A DNA stretch of 64,000 bases from Tubiluchus corallicola (taxonomy: Eukaryota; Animalia; Priapulida). The position numbers were made by a program, and so were the translations under genes. Positions 13,561-25,419 of the stretch are shown here, piece by piece (position 1 is the first letter of the stretch; every line of letters starts with the position of its first letter). The notes below the pieces were generated by a model that was not told the origin of the DNA, did not search any database, and saw only the letters and a program-made list of their open reading frames with translations. Location of the stretch: contig JAQGDQ010000184.1 in NCBI GenBank assembly GCA_030141605.1, positions 310,001 to 374,000 on the forward strand, given 5' to 3'.

Positions 13561-14664
13561 ACTGCATATTATTTACCAGCAATAACAAAAGACCAAGGCC
13601 TATCCCAAAATACTCAAAAATTTCCTGGACAAATATGGATCATCAAAATACAGTAGATTAATCTATCACCGTCTTGGTTTGCAGATTTAATGGCGATCTC
13701 AGATTTCGTCATTTAACCTATGAGCCCCAAGATATTTAGTTGCAGGATATGACATTAACCCGCCCGAAAACCTACCACCGGAAGTCACCCACCCAACGTC
13801 ATCCAACAAAGGCTGGAATTATGGTTGTCTTCACCAATTTCCGTTTTCCTCCGATTTGAGTAATCAGAGCACTCAGTTGGTCGCCCAATTTGCTGCATAG
13901 CAATTTCACCTTGTTATTTTGATCTTTATACAGACCGCTTTAAAGCCCAGGAAGCCAGTTTACAGGAGAGGATTGCATCATAGCCTCGTTTATCTATTTT
14001 TTCGCAGTTATCGACTTAGGAAAATTGCCTGCGGCGAACTGAATCAGAAACTGAATTATGCCTTCATCGTGACAGTAAGGAGAAAACACAAGTTCAATAT
14101 GCAGATACAAAGGATCGAACTTAGCTTAAGATTTTTCGAATTCTTTACTTACGTTTAAAAAACACTTACGGGAAACACATTTTAAAGTTCAGATCATTTG
14201 ATTCTAATTTTCGGCCGTGATAAATCAAATTAAATTAAGCTGATACATATACGTAGTTTATACACACCCAGTAGACACCGCCTAATAATTCGGACGTCTT
14301 TGGCTTCATTGGATATTTAATTTCAAAAGAAGTAGAGTGCTATAACTGGTTGGCAGCTTCAAAGTTTTAGGCAATTTGGAACATTCTAGTTATGCAGTTC
14401 AGAAAATCTACATTTCCTACATCGTTATAAAGGTTTCTACAAAACTGCGAAAACAGATTAACAGTTATTATATTATTGAGCTGACCGAAATTATTTATAT
14501 TAGCAAAGTATCTCTCGATGTTGTCGAAGTACAAAATTAAGAGTTTGTAGCTTTTTTTCATAAGATGGCAACTTGAGTATGAGAACTACAGTTATAAAAT
14601 ACTAGAACTCCGCTAAATTTTTTTCGAAATGTACTTCGAATTGGGTCTACTTAGGCAATAGCTG

Positions 14665-14930
14665 CATCATCATCATCGTAATTATCATCATCGTATACAT
14701 CATCATCATCATCGTTGTCGTCGTCATCATCATCGTGATCATCATCATTAATCATTTATTCACTCATCTATTCTTGTCAATAACAACAACTCCAATAACA
14801 ACAAAAACAACATTAGCAGCATAAAAAGAAAAATAAATAAACGTCACAAAAGCAAGCAAACAAACAGACAAACAAATAAACAAAAAATAAAAAAAACACA
14901 TCAAGAACAACGATACCAACGTTAACAGCA
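14665..14930. repeat. Degenerate (CAT)n tract followed by (CAA)/(CAAA)-rich low complexity
   Basis: Direct read. Confidence 0.8.
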
Positions 14931-17140
14931 ATAGCAGATATGCATTAAAGCCACAAATAAATTGTTAAAGCTTGTAATCAATATTCTGGGCATCATTGGG
15001 ATTAAATTAAAATCACTATGCACAAGCAATCCTCGTAGCATCTTGTTTGCTTTGCTTTACCATTTAGTGAAGATAATAGCATAACCAATACTTTCTACGT
15101 AATTATAAAAGTAATGGCAAGCCTTGAAAAACTACGTTTTGAAGTCGGAACAGTGGAAATTACAATGTGACAAAGGCCCACCAAAAACCTTAAATGCTCT
15201 TATCCAGCTTTATCCAGAAATAATAGATGTCGCAACAGCACTGTGTTAGAACCCAATTTAGACGCTTTACATTTTGGGTGAGATCACGAAATTGGGAAGC
15301 CGAATCACATTTTATTCACTTCAGAAATTCTTAAATAGCGTGTGTTGCTATTTCTCTGGGACGTAAAAGCAGTTGCAAAAATCTATTTTTTTCTAGAGCT
15401 GTTCGTGTAACATATCGCAAAATATGGAGGAATCTGTTAAGGAAAATTACAGACTGCAAGAAGCCGTGGGCCACGCAGTCTAATTAACCCTACTAAATCC
15501 ACCGTTGAATCACCAATATACCATTACCAGCTCGATCTTAGTATTCTACATCGTGTGTTACTGTTCTGTGAAAACCTAGACGCATATTTTTGGCGTTTCA
15601 TTTGTTTGTTCCACATGAATGACTAGTGGGTCTTGATGGACGTACATTTTGCTGTTACGAAGTGAACACAAGCAAACTACGCACATCTAGAATGCGCATT
15701 AATACCGCACAAAGAAAATAAATGCTACGATAATTTTGAGCATAATACCGGTTATCACCGGTATTTTGCCACAAAACGCAAGCATCGTTAAATTGTTGCT
15801 TTGCTTTTCGCAGGCGCGCAGCATTAAAATGCAAAGCAGCATTTTGCTACATTACTGATCGTTTCTATGCGGGAGATAATGCATTTTAAATGCACCCGGC
15901 AAAAATCGGCTTAGCGCAATATGACATTTGCCATCTGCACAGTCATAATCGTCTGAAGGTTGCATAGTTATAGTATAGTATAGTAATTTATTGATTTTTG
16001 GTCAGCCGGGCCAATCAAATAACAAGCATCCATACAACAAAATTTTACATACATATGTGAACAAACTTAGCTACAACACATTGAAGAGTGACGTTATGAG
16101 ACTGCATCTTGCAAATTAGTTTCTCATCAATATTTAAAAAGTAAAAGTTCGGAATAGAACACGTTATTGTATTTTCAACAAAAAATTGCGTTGGTGTTAT
16201 GTTTAAAGCAGAAGAAAATGGTATTCGTCACCGACTTCGTTATTGTTAGCAAATAAACGCTCCTCTTGAGGAATAGGTGGTCTTATATACCGTCCAGTTT
16301 CAATAGGCAGTGAGTGAGTGCTTGTTCTAAGTTTACTCATTGCTTTCGATCTTTAAAATACTTTACATTTACCAAACACCATTGAAATTTAAAAGAAGTT
16401 TTAAGTTTACTCTAAAAAGTACTGATACACACACAGTGGCACTATTTCGTTTTCTAATAAAACACTAGATTAATGTCAGACAGTGTTTTTGTTAACCCTC
16501 GTTATCACGGTAAACTATATCGTCTACTTTAAATTATATTGTTTAAGCAAAATATAAGCTTCCTTGCACAGTCTATTGTCTTATAGCATCTTTGTTTTAC
16601 GCTTTTATAATACGCGCGCAAGGGTTTACATTAGTGCACGTTGCACAAGCAAAATTCATTCTTCTTTTAAAGTTGTTGACTTTCGTGTCGCTCTCTCAAA
16701 ATCAAAGCAAAGTGATATTGCCAGTGGGGAAGGCCATTTTTTACTCTCTAGCATGATCTCGTATTTTTAGAAGTTAGCTGCATTGTTGACTCTCATTGAA
16801 ACATATGCCAAAGAAGCATTGAGTCTATGGATTGCATCAGTTGTTCAAATTAGCCGGATTTAGCATGCGATTTGTAAGCACAAGCTTTGAGGTTCAAGTG
16901 CCGATTGTCTCACAGTTTTTCGGCATATAATTTCTTTCGTCAACACATTCGCCACATGATTAATAGTTGTTGAAAATAAACAGCAGTGGCTTATTAATGT
17001 TCAAAGACAATAGTTCATCTAACAGATAATATAGTACAGTTAGTTAATTACAGTGTCACTCTTCCTTTTACTACAATTTAAAACACATAGAAGTACACAG
17101 TTGACACAGTAGCCACTCTATTGACAGGCTACGAGACAGC

Positions 17141-17841
17141 TTAAAGGACAAGAAAAGATGTACCTGAAGTAGGTTTTAGAAAAATCGCCTTAATACTTAT
17201 ATTACTTTATAGCAATTTAAGGCGTATATCGTACTAACGTTGACAGGATTTTTTCTTTGTCTCATTGTAAATTTCCCGCAACGACGTTCCGATCGCCATA
17301 TATTACATGACGCCATATATGCACAACGTAAATTAGGGGAAGAAAGGGAGATCTTAAACAATGTCCCAAAAAACTTTCCATGCAACGTTACTTAGGATTT
17401 CATAAACTAGAAAAGAAAATTATTATTTATTTAAAATATTTTCACCAGTTGGTAAAATGTCGCTAACTCACCCTCCAGGGTGCACCACACACTGACCAAT
17501 AACGTATTTTTAATTTTATTAACAAGATACAGTAGGTAAACTGTATTTATACGTTATAGATAACGTATTTATAAAATTTTACCTAGTTAGTGACGTGTGC
17601 GCTACGAATGCTCTGATTATTTTTTCAAACTTTACACAATGTTATCTAAGCTTGTTTCAAATGACTTATCGTTAAAATGGCTGCGTCTAAAGACAATCGC
17701 GGGAGTTTAAATTATATGTTTTATGCAGTTTCATTGCCGATGCAAGTCCTGTATGCAAAAAGGCAGTACGTAAGTGGTATAAAATTTCAAGAGAAAAGTT
17801 TTTAAGCTTTATGTAAGTGCAGAGTTTTTTTTGCACTTTAG
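17141..17841 (+). mobile_element. Kolobok-like non-autonomous DNA transposon (MITE), near full-length copy
   Basis: Begins TTAA|AGGACAAGAAAA. The right end (ttttttttgcactttag) is a decayed inverse; sister copies end TTGTCCT|TTAA (19269) and TTCTTGTCCTT (8368). A TTAA TSD with 5'-AG termini fits Kolobok rather than piggyBac (CC[C/T] termini). Confidence 0.6.
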
Positions 17842-18304
17842 GAACATTAAAAAAATCATTTACATATCAATTAAAAACAGTGTTTAAACAAACTTTCTCC
17901 TTTCTGTCATTAGGTGGCAGGCTTTGGCACATTCCTTTAGACAAATATTACTTGACAATAAGTGACATAGTTTATCATTATCGTCGAACTGATTAAAATT
18001 ATTGATTTTTGAACTTAGGCACTGGATTAAAAATGTACGAATATCATCATAAAGGGGTAAATGAATGATATATGTTTTTCAGACTAGGCCACTAACTGGT
18101 CACAAAAACGGCACAACCTTTGATCTTCAGGAATATTAACTTTCCATTGTCCAACATACTGGGAGCAACCAGATTAAATTTAGCTAATGCACTTCTGTGG
18201 CTTTTGGGGTTATATTTTCTACATATAATTCAGTGTTATAATCTGGATGTGACCGTTTATTGATGTCTTGGATATTTTTACGGAAGTTAATGTGATTTGT
18301 CACG

Positions 18305-18640
18305 CTGAACATAAACTTAATTTATAATTTTGCGAGTAATTCGCTAACTCGCGGAAGTGAGACTTCTTCGGGATATTACAGTTAAATTTATCATCTTAAA
18401 GCGAGTCCGCTAATAGACCCAACCAGCTAATTCGCAAAACCGCTCAAGTTCTGTTTTACATAATTTACAAACTTGCAAAAAAGCAAGTTAGCAAAATAAA
18501 TCTCTGGGAAGCAAATATTTATTTCAGCAACGTAGATAATATAAAAAAACTTTAACTTTACATTGTAGGAAAATATGTAAACTCCTTTCTGTGAGTTAGT
18601 GAATAACTCGTTAAAGCCAACTTATTTCAGCAAAATAATA
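18305..18640. mobile_element. Small palindromic MITE-like element
   Basis: tttgcgagtaattcgctaactcgcggaagtgag (~18329-18361) is an imperfect inverted repeat of ctcctttctgtgagttagtgaataactcgttaaa (~18582-18615). Confidence 0.5.
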
Positions 18641-18964
18641 TTTCAGGCTTTCAGTAAGAAATTTAATAGATTTAAATTGATTTTTTAGCGTGATGACAAT
18701 GAGTTACGCATGTTTTGAAACCCTGTGAGTTTACCTGCTTTTTGTGGTCTGAACCAGTTATAAACTACAATTTTTTTTACAGATTGCCGCAGTTTTCGGC
18801 TAGATTCCATCACTCAACTTGTTTACATAGGGCTTATTAATACTATATGAAGGGAAGAAAAGGGCAATTTGGGCAATTTTAAAGTATGTCTCTAAATTTC
18901 TAATCAAAATTCTACAATTTCTGCAAAATTATATTACTTAGCATTATGCTTATCTGTCTGTAAG

Positions 18965-19269
18965 GTGCATAACTAGAAAAAAATTCTTAGCAATTTAAAA
19001 TGTTCGCGCCGGCTAGTAGAACGTCACTGACTCACCTTCCCAGTGTGCATCATTGACTCAGCAAAAACACATTAGTAATCTAAACTTGTTTTAAACGACC
19101 TACCGTTAGGCTGCGCGCCTAACCTTCGTAGCGGGAGTTTAAATTTTCAAGTTTTATACAGCGTTACTATTAATACAAGCTTTGTGCGCAATAAGGCAGT
19201 ATGTGGGTACAAAATTTCAAGACGAATTTTTTCAGCTTAGGGTAAGAATTGTGTTTTGTTGTCCTTTAA
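18965..19269 (+). mobile_element. Kolobok-like MITE family, partial copy with intact right end
   Basis: Aligns by eye with 17400-17840, with an internal deletion, and ends ttgtcctttaa. Confidence 0.65.
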
Positions 19270-20210
19270 TTAACACGAATGATTGCGGTGGGACTGGAAT
19301 TCATTATCAAGGATAGTCATCAATACATGTCACTGAATCAGCAAAAGTGCCTTGGAATGCATATATTATCCTAAGCGCCTTCATCACTTTGGACTGCATA
19401 TTTATTCATTTATCCATTTATCTGCCCTCAATTAGATAAATATCTTTACAAGGCATTTTTACAGATGAGAACATCCAAAAGCATTTTTTCAATAGTACTC
19501 ACAGGCTAGGTGCTGTTTAACTTCTGCTGCTAAGTACACCACTTGGCCACTCAAGTAACCCTTTTCCCATACATATCGAATGCATCTTCAGAACTAGAAC
19601 ATTTTTGCTGTGTCGGAGTAGTCTGTAACAGTGGAGAAAAGACAATAATTGTCTGTCGCACTCTTGGTAATTCCACCACATGCATTTTTAATACCGTCCT
19701 CGGAACTAGTACGAACTGGCAAGTTATACAGTGCGGTAGTCCAGTCTCCAGGGTTTCTCTTTAATGTAGCAAAATATTCATGGCTTCCTGTTACAGATTT
19801 CTGTCATAGATGTTGTTTTTACTATTATTCTCCCAATACAATTGTTAAAGCACTCTAATCTTAAGCTACTTTTGGTCATATTTACATGAGATGGGGATAG
19901 GCGTAGCTGGCGACGGTGACAAATCTACCTATGGTAATTGTTAATTAGCTAGAAATGGTTCGAGCACATGGAAAAATGTGGGATGCAGGAAAATAAGCGA
20001 TTATTTTCTAAGTTATTCTATGCACAAATTTGTTGTAGTACATGATGTGAAGCATAATCAATGATTAATTTGAAACAGCTATTGTAACACATAATGCTAA
20101 TTTGCAATAATACTGCACCAATACATTGCACCCTAAACAGTCGAAAAATATTACCAGAAAACTTGGTTTGATGCCAGTTTATATTTACTAATTTAGACAG
20201 TAGTTATAAG

Positions 20211-21758
20211 TTACTTTCTATCTACAAATTCTATTGGAATTTCTGCACCAGGAGTCAGTAGTCCACGTTGCATCACATTCAGCTGCTCAGTACCATGGGG
20301 TTTTACCTCAAACTGCTGCACTATTCTGGCCATCATCAGGTATAGTTCTAATTCAGCCAGTCGTCTGCCAATACAGCTGCGAACGCCAAAGCCAAATGGA
20401 GTTGAGGCAAATGGTGAAGGCGTATGATCTGTATTCACGTTCCGTTGCCAACGAGAGGGATCAAACTTTTCAGGGTGTTGAAAAAGTTCTTTACTGCGTC
20501 CCATCGTGTATAAGTCTACTAGGCAGATGGTGTTTTTTGGAACGTTGTAACCATTGATGATTAAATCTTTGTCCGCCATCCGTGCCATAACTGTCGCAAT
20601 CGGATACAGACGTAGAGTCTCTCTGAAAAACGCTTTGAGAAGTGACATATCATAAACATTGTCTGCAGTTGGAATCTTGCCCTTTGTGATGGACAGAACT
20701 TCATTACGCAGTTGTGCTTGGATGTCTGGATTTTGGGCTAGAAAGTGTAATGCAAAACAAAGTGTATTGGAAGTCGTATCGACTCCTGCAAAGAAAAGCT
20801 CTGAAATCATAGAAAATGCTTCCTTTCGCGACAATTGCTCATTAGCTAGAATAAAACTCATGAGTGAGCAATCTTTTCTATTTTCTGGCAAAGAATCAAG
20901 CTTTTCCAGTTTGTCGTTGACTGTTTTACGAGTGAAACCATACAAATAATCAAACCCAGCTGAGAATTTTTTCCAATACGGTGTTTGCAGTTTTCGTTGC
21001 AGTTTCGGCAAGGCTATTACAAAAACGGCATTTTCAAAAACAGCGCCAACAGCATTGATAAACTGCTGCGATTGAGTCGGTACAGGTTCCTTCAGGCATC
21101 CGAGCCTCTCTTCAAACAAAATGCTAGCAATGGACTCCATCGACCATTTGTAAGCTTCATTAGTCATTCCTGTTATGTAGCCGCTGTGCTTGTCACGAAT
21201 GTATCTAATACGGTCGATCATATCTGTTATCACATCGTTTATTCTTTCCTCGTTTTCTACAACTAGTTGAGGCCTCATCATACGCTTGTTTACGGCATTC
21301 CGCACCCGGTGCCAATCCACACCCTCATATGTAAGAAGACTCTTCGACTCATTCGATTGCTCTTGATATTCTAAAAAGTGATCCATTGGAAATCGCAGAG
21401 GATGTTTTCCAGATGACCTGTATATCTTTGCTGCCTCCTCATCACTGCAAGTTACAACCGCGTTGTACAGTGCGAATTTTGTCCTCAATGTGTGCGTGTT
21501 AAACTTTTTGTAATCTGGTAAGAATTGCCTGTAGAATGTTTTTGAATTGGCAGTTTTCTTTGCAAAGTCTAGATAGCCAGCGAGTCCTTTGTAACCGGGC
21601 ATGTCAGCAAACTCTTTTGCGTGTTTATGCTCTTCCAGATCGAATTTTGAACTCGTTACAGCAGCTGTGTAACTGGCTTTGCCACGGCTACCAGAACATT
21701 TTACTAAATTTGCCCATTTTGGTAAACCGCGACCTATTTGCTGATGCACTAAATTCAT
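20211..21758 (-). CDS. Cytochrome P450, mitochondrial clan (CYP27/CYP24-like), single coding exon, 515 aa
   Basis: Uninterrupted ORF from the first ATG (21758; the track starts 17 codons earlier at a TTG). Motifs: C-helix WHRVR, I-helix AGVDTT, K-helix LLKAFFRETLR (ExxR plus the basic residues used for adrenodoxin binding in the mito clan), meander PEKFDPSRW, heme loop PFGFGVRSCIGRRLAELE. The first ~39 residues have no acidic residues and no hydrophobic anchor, as expected for a mitochondrial presequence, and are followed by KEFADMPG. The subfamily cannot be assigned by eye. Confidence 0.96.
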   Translation of the reverse strand: MNLVHQQIGRGLPKWANLVKCSGSRGKASYTAAVTSSKFDLEEHKHAKEFADMPGYKGLAGYLDFAKKTANSKTFYRQFLPDYKKFNTHTLRTKFALYNAVVTCSDEEAAKIYRSSGKHPLRFPMDHFLEYQEQSNESKSLLTYEGVDWHRVRNAVNKRMMRPQLVVENEERINDVITDMIDRIRYIRDKHSGYITGMTNEAYKWSMESIASILFEERLGCLKEPVPTQSQQFINAVGAVFENAVFVIALPKLQRKLQTPYWKKFSAGFDYLYGFTRKTVNDKLEKLDSLPENRKDCSLMSFILANEQLSRKEAFSMISELFFAGVDTTSNTLCFALHFLAQNPDIQAQLRNEVLSITKGKIPTADNVYDMSLLKAFFRETLRLYPIATVMARMADKDLIINGYNVPKNTICLVDLYTMGRSKELFQHPEKFDPSRWQRNVNTDHTPSPFASTPFGFGVRSCIGRRLAELELYLMMARIVQQFEVKPHGTEQLNVMQRGLLTPGAEIPIEFVDRK

Positions 21759-22251
21759 TTTATATGCTAAAGTCTTACAAATCTTTGGTTTCTTATGGAA
21801 CGGCACCAAAACAAAACGGCACCAATTAATTATTCAAATGACTGGATACTAACTATAATATATTTTTAAGATAGAATGAACTTTATCCCTTGCTTGTATT
21901 TACCTAAAAGTACACTTAATTGCTCCCAGAGATTGTAATCTCGCGTTATTATTGAAAGTTCTCACTTATCACGCTGTAACTTCAAAGTCAATATTTAAAC
22001 TGACTGCATGTTGAACGTTCTTGCTGTATCATCAAGGCTCATGTACTTTTTGGACCTTCTATGAATTGCACTGCAACAGAAGTGTTGAGTAAGGAAATTA
22101 GTGAAAGCAGTTGTTTCACATTCCTAATCAACTGTTACTTTTCTACACTTTGTGAATAGCTGCCCGTTGTTTTTCTTTATTAAAATTTTATAGGCTGAAA
22201 ACAATAAACTGAACAATACTTCGATTTTAGTATCACCAAAACTTCCCTTGT

Positions 22252-22252
<1 letters not shown>

Positions 22253-22316
<64 letters not shown>

Positions 22317-22330
22317 TATTATTATCATCA
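22253..22330. repeat. (CAT)n microsatellite
   Basis: Direct read; ~500 bp upstream of the P450 ATG. Confidence 0.95.
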
Positions 22331-23702
22331 AAAGCCAATCACGTCTATAATTATAGACATCGGGGTGGCAAAATTCTAATAAGAAATCTGCTTATAAATA
22401 GGAAAACACCGTTGTTTATCCAGCAGACACTAGACACTGCTACGCGAACGGCTTGTCAGCACCACTTCCCACAGTTTCTTTGTATTCAAGCAGAAAGTGA
22501 ATAATAAATCTGAGAAGCTTTAGCTATCTTATTAATGACCATCCAAGACAAACTCTATTTAAAATTACAACTTTAAATGGTTAAAAGATTTGCAAAAACG
22601 AGAATGCTGCCCAGTTGATGCTGGCTTAACACTTCATTAACTGATGCCATTAATTCGCAGTTGGCCACACTTATATAATCATGGCACACGACTGACTTTT
22701 GATGGTTGACTTCTGTTTTGGTAACTAGAATTATTAGAGTGTTTGATGGCATACAAGTGCTCCAAAGATTATAAAAATACGAAAAAAGTGTAAAAAGGCG
22801 AGTAGTTGCCTCTTTAACAAGCTAGTTATTTGCACATTGAAAAGAAAACCAGCAAATGCTAGTGCGTCACTGACTTTGTATGATTTCATTTAAAATAAGT
22901 CCATTATAAGGGATTTCGCAGCAACTTATTCAACTAACATAACTGGCCATAATCGCAACGTTTAAGCAATTATCCGTTTTTATCCGAAAGTTAGCTGTCG
23001 TTAGCTTCGGGCAATTGGTCTTGAAGCGAGCTAATTTAATGCGCACGTTCTATGCAGTCTTTGAAAATGTCGACAGGCCGAACAGCAGAATGATTTAATG
23101 CACTTTCACTGTTTTCACCTCGCTAAATGCGATTTTTTCTTAACGGCTGCTTGTATTAACTCCAGGGAGCTTTTTAGCTCATAATATGAGTCTCAGACTT
23201 GTGGCAGAAAAAATTAACAGAACTCCTAGAAATAATTATCTGTTGGCCACAAAAGTATAATAACAGACACACACGTGGCAAGTTTGTTCTTCTATATGCC
23301 TCATTCACTTCAAGAACAATTTTTGGTATGAAGGAGTTAAAGTCAATAACAAAGTTGTGCGAATGAATAAGAAATCCACCGTACATCAATGTCTAATAGG
23401 GCCTTTAGTACAGGATTCTGCGCAAAAAATTACCGTAAGATTCAGACCTCGCAGTAGTTAATATGTAACCAAGGTAGCTAGTGAGTCGTTAAGTGAGTAA
23501 AATGGTGAAAAGTCTGCAAAAGTGTTAGTAAGTGAGGTTGAGGAGAGAGTGAGAGAATGAGTAAATGGTCAAACAGAAGGTAGACAACGCGAAAGCATCA
23601 TGCAGCCAGACAAGGCAAGTAAGTAGGCAGGTATAGGTAGGTAGATAACTAAATAAAAACTGAAATTTTCTGCAGTCCATTGAGCACCTCTTTACTCTAG
23701 TT

Positions 23703-23786
23703 TTTATTCTATTTACTTACGTGATTACTTACCTACGCATTTACTTACTTATGTATTTACTTGTTTACCTACTTGTTTGTTTGCTA

Positions 23787-23866
<80 letters not shown>

Positions 23867-24006
23867 TCTTACTTACTTACTTACTTGTTTACCTACTTGC
23901 TTGCTTGCTTACTTACTTACTTACTTACTCACTCACTCACTCACTCACTCACTCACTCACTCACTCACTCACTCACTCACTCACTCACTCACTCACTCAC
24001 TCACTT
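23703..24006. repeat. Compound (TTAC)n(TTGC)n(TCAC)n microsatellite
   Basis: Direct read; explains the LLTY/LTHS pseudo-ORFs. Confidence 0.95.
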
Positions 24007-24676
24007 ATCCTGACCATGTCATACTGATGGTGGAGTTATTTAGTCAAGTTCACATTAATTACATGCAGGTATTACAGACGTTGGATGCAGGATGACACCG
24101 GACGGAGATTGAATTTCGTTGCAAAATCTTTGACAAGGTTTCATTAATGTCACAATAACTCTAATAATTTCACACTGTGCCATCATGTCCCATTCATCAT
24201 TTCAGCACGATAAGGGTAATAATATCAATTAATATTCAGCTTCCACTTTTATTTCGACACTTATTAGTTTGCTCGTTCGCCTGCTTGTCATTTCTGAAGT
24301 CGCGCCAATGATACCAAAGCTCCAATGCGCTTAAAGACAATAATTAAAAGACTGATCTTTATTATTGATATAGGTGTTTATAAATTCTCCACCTTAATAG
24401 ACAACACACATTGCCACAAGTTCGTATACACTTGAAGGCTTTCAAATATTATAGTGATAAATTTAGTAAAATGAGGAAAGGTGTGGCAGGAGTGAAATGT
24501 CTATCCGTCAGAGTAATATTTATAGAAGCACAAGTAGGCCAAAGTGATCGTATAACAACCTTATTAACTATATACATCTTTGAAAAAGAAGAGCTGCACT
24601 GATTATGCGCACAGCAAGAAAAAGCCAAAGAGCAGAAAGAATGCCTTGGGAGAGTTCTCTCTCTCTCGAATTGTTA

Positions 24677-24780
24677 CGACGCGTTCTGACCAGAGAGTTT
24701 TCCCTCGAGAGTTTTCTTTGAGATTAAACATGCAAATGTGAACGGCTTTCGAAAGAAAACTCTCTAGTCTAAATGCGCCG
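24677..24780. mobile_element. 104 bp PIF/Harbinger (Tourist-like) MITE
   Basis: 26 bp TIRs: cgacgcgttctgaccagagagttttc versus right-end reverse complement cggcgcatttagactagagagttttc (21/26). TTA lies on both sides (24674-24676, 24781-24783). The same TIR recurs at 63662. Confidence 0.75.
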
Positions 24781-25419
24781 TTACGTATCTCTGCGGCCAA
24801 TTCTGCAATATAAAATTCCGCCGATGGTCGCCCACGATTGACCACTTGGTTGAAGAGATTGGGTGTGTTTTCAAATCTCTTTTTCTGAAACTGATGGTTT
24901 ATTAATGTCATGATACGTCACATTATTAAAACTTATTAATTTATGCCAGTCAGAAATCGAACTGCTTAATTAAATACGATATTAATTAAATGAGGTTTAA
25001 TAAAATATAATATTTTTTTTTAAATTAAAACAACATTTTTAATAATTTTTATTCATATTCTGTATTCTGTCGCGTTTTTTTTGTTTAGTTTATTGGTTTA
25101 GTTTAACGCTAGAACTAACGCTAGAAAAACCATTTTTTACCTGTAGTAAATTAAGAAGTACCCGGAAACGCATAAATAAATAAATATTGCATTACAAACT
25201 ACATTTGGCTTCTGTCACGAAGCCATTTCACGTTTTACAAAAACTAAAAGCTCTTCATATTCGTTTCAATAGAAGTTCAATGATTTTTTATTGAAGTGTT
25301 TATTTATGATAATGTTAAAAGTCGCCCGATCTTTGGAATTATTCATAAATGCGATTCATTCGTAACATGTAAACAGAAGACGACTGCTTTAAAAACAGTT
25401 AAAAACATCATTATTCTGA

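Noticed and set aside
21759-21809. 17-codon N-terminal extension of the P450 in the ORF track
   Set aside because: It starts at TTG; in a eukaryote the first ATG (21758) is the likely start and gives a plausible mitochondrial presequence.
20234-21829. Four plus-strand ORFs overlapping the P450
   Set aside because: Antisense shadows of a real CDS with no motifs.
21870-22060. Nuclear-receptor half-site-like motifs upstream of the P450 (minus strand AAGTTCA; AGGTCC-n4-AGTACA)
   Set aside because: Degenerate hexamers expected by chance; no conservation data to support them.
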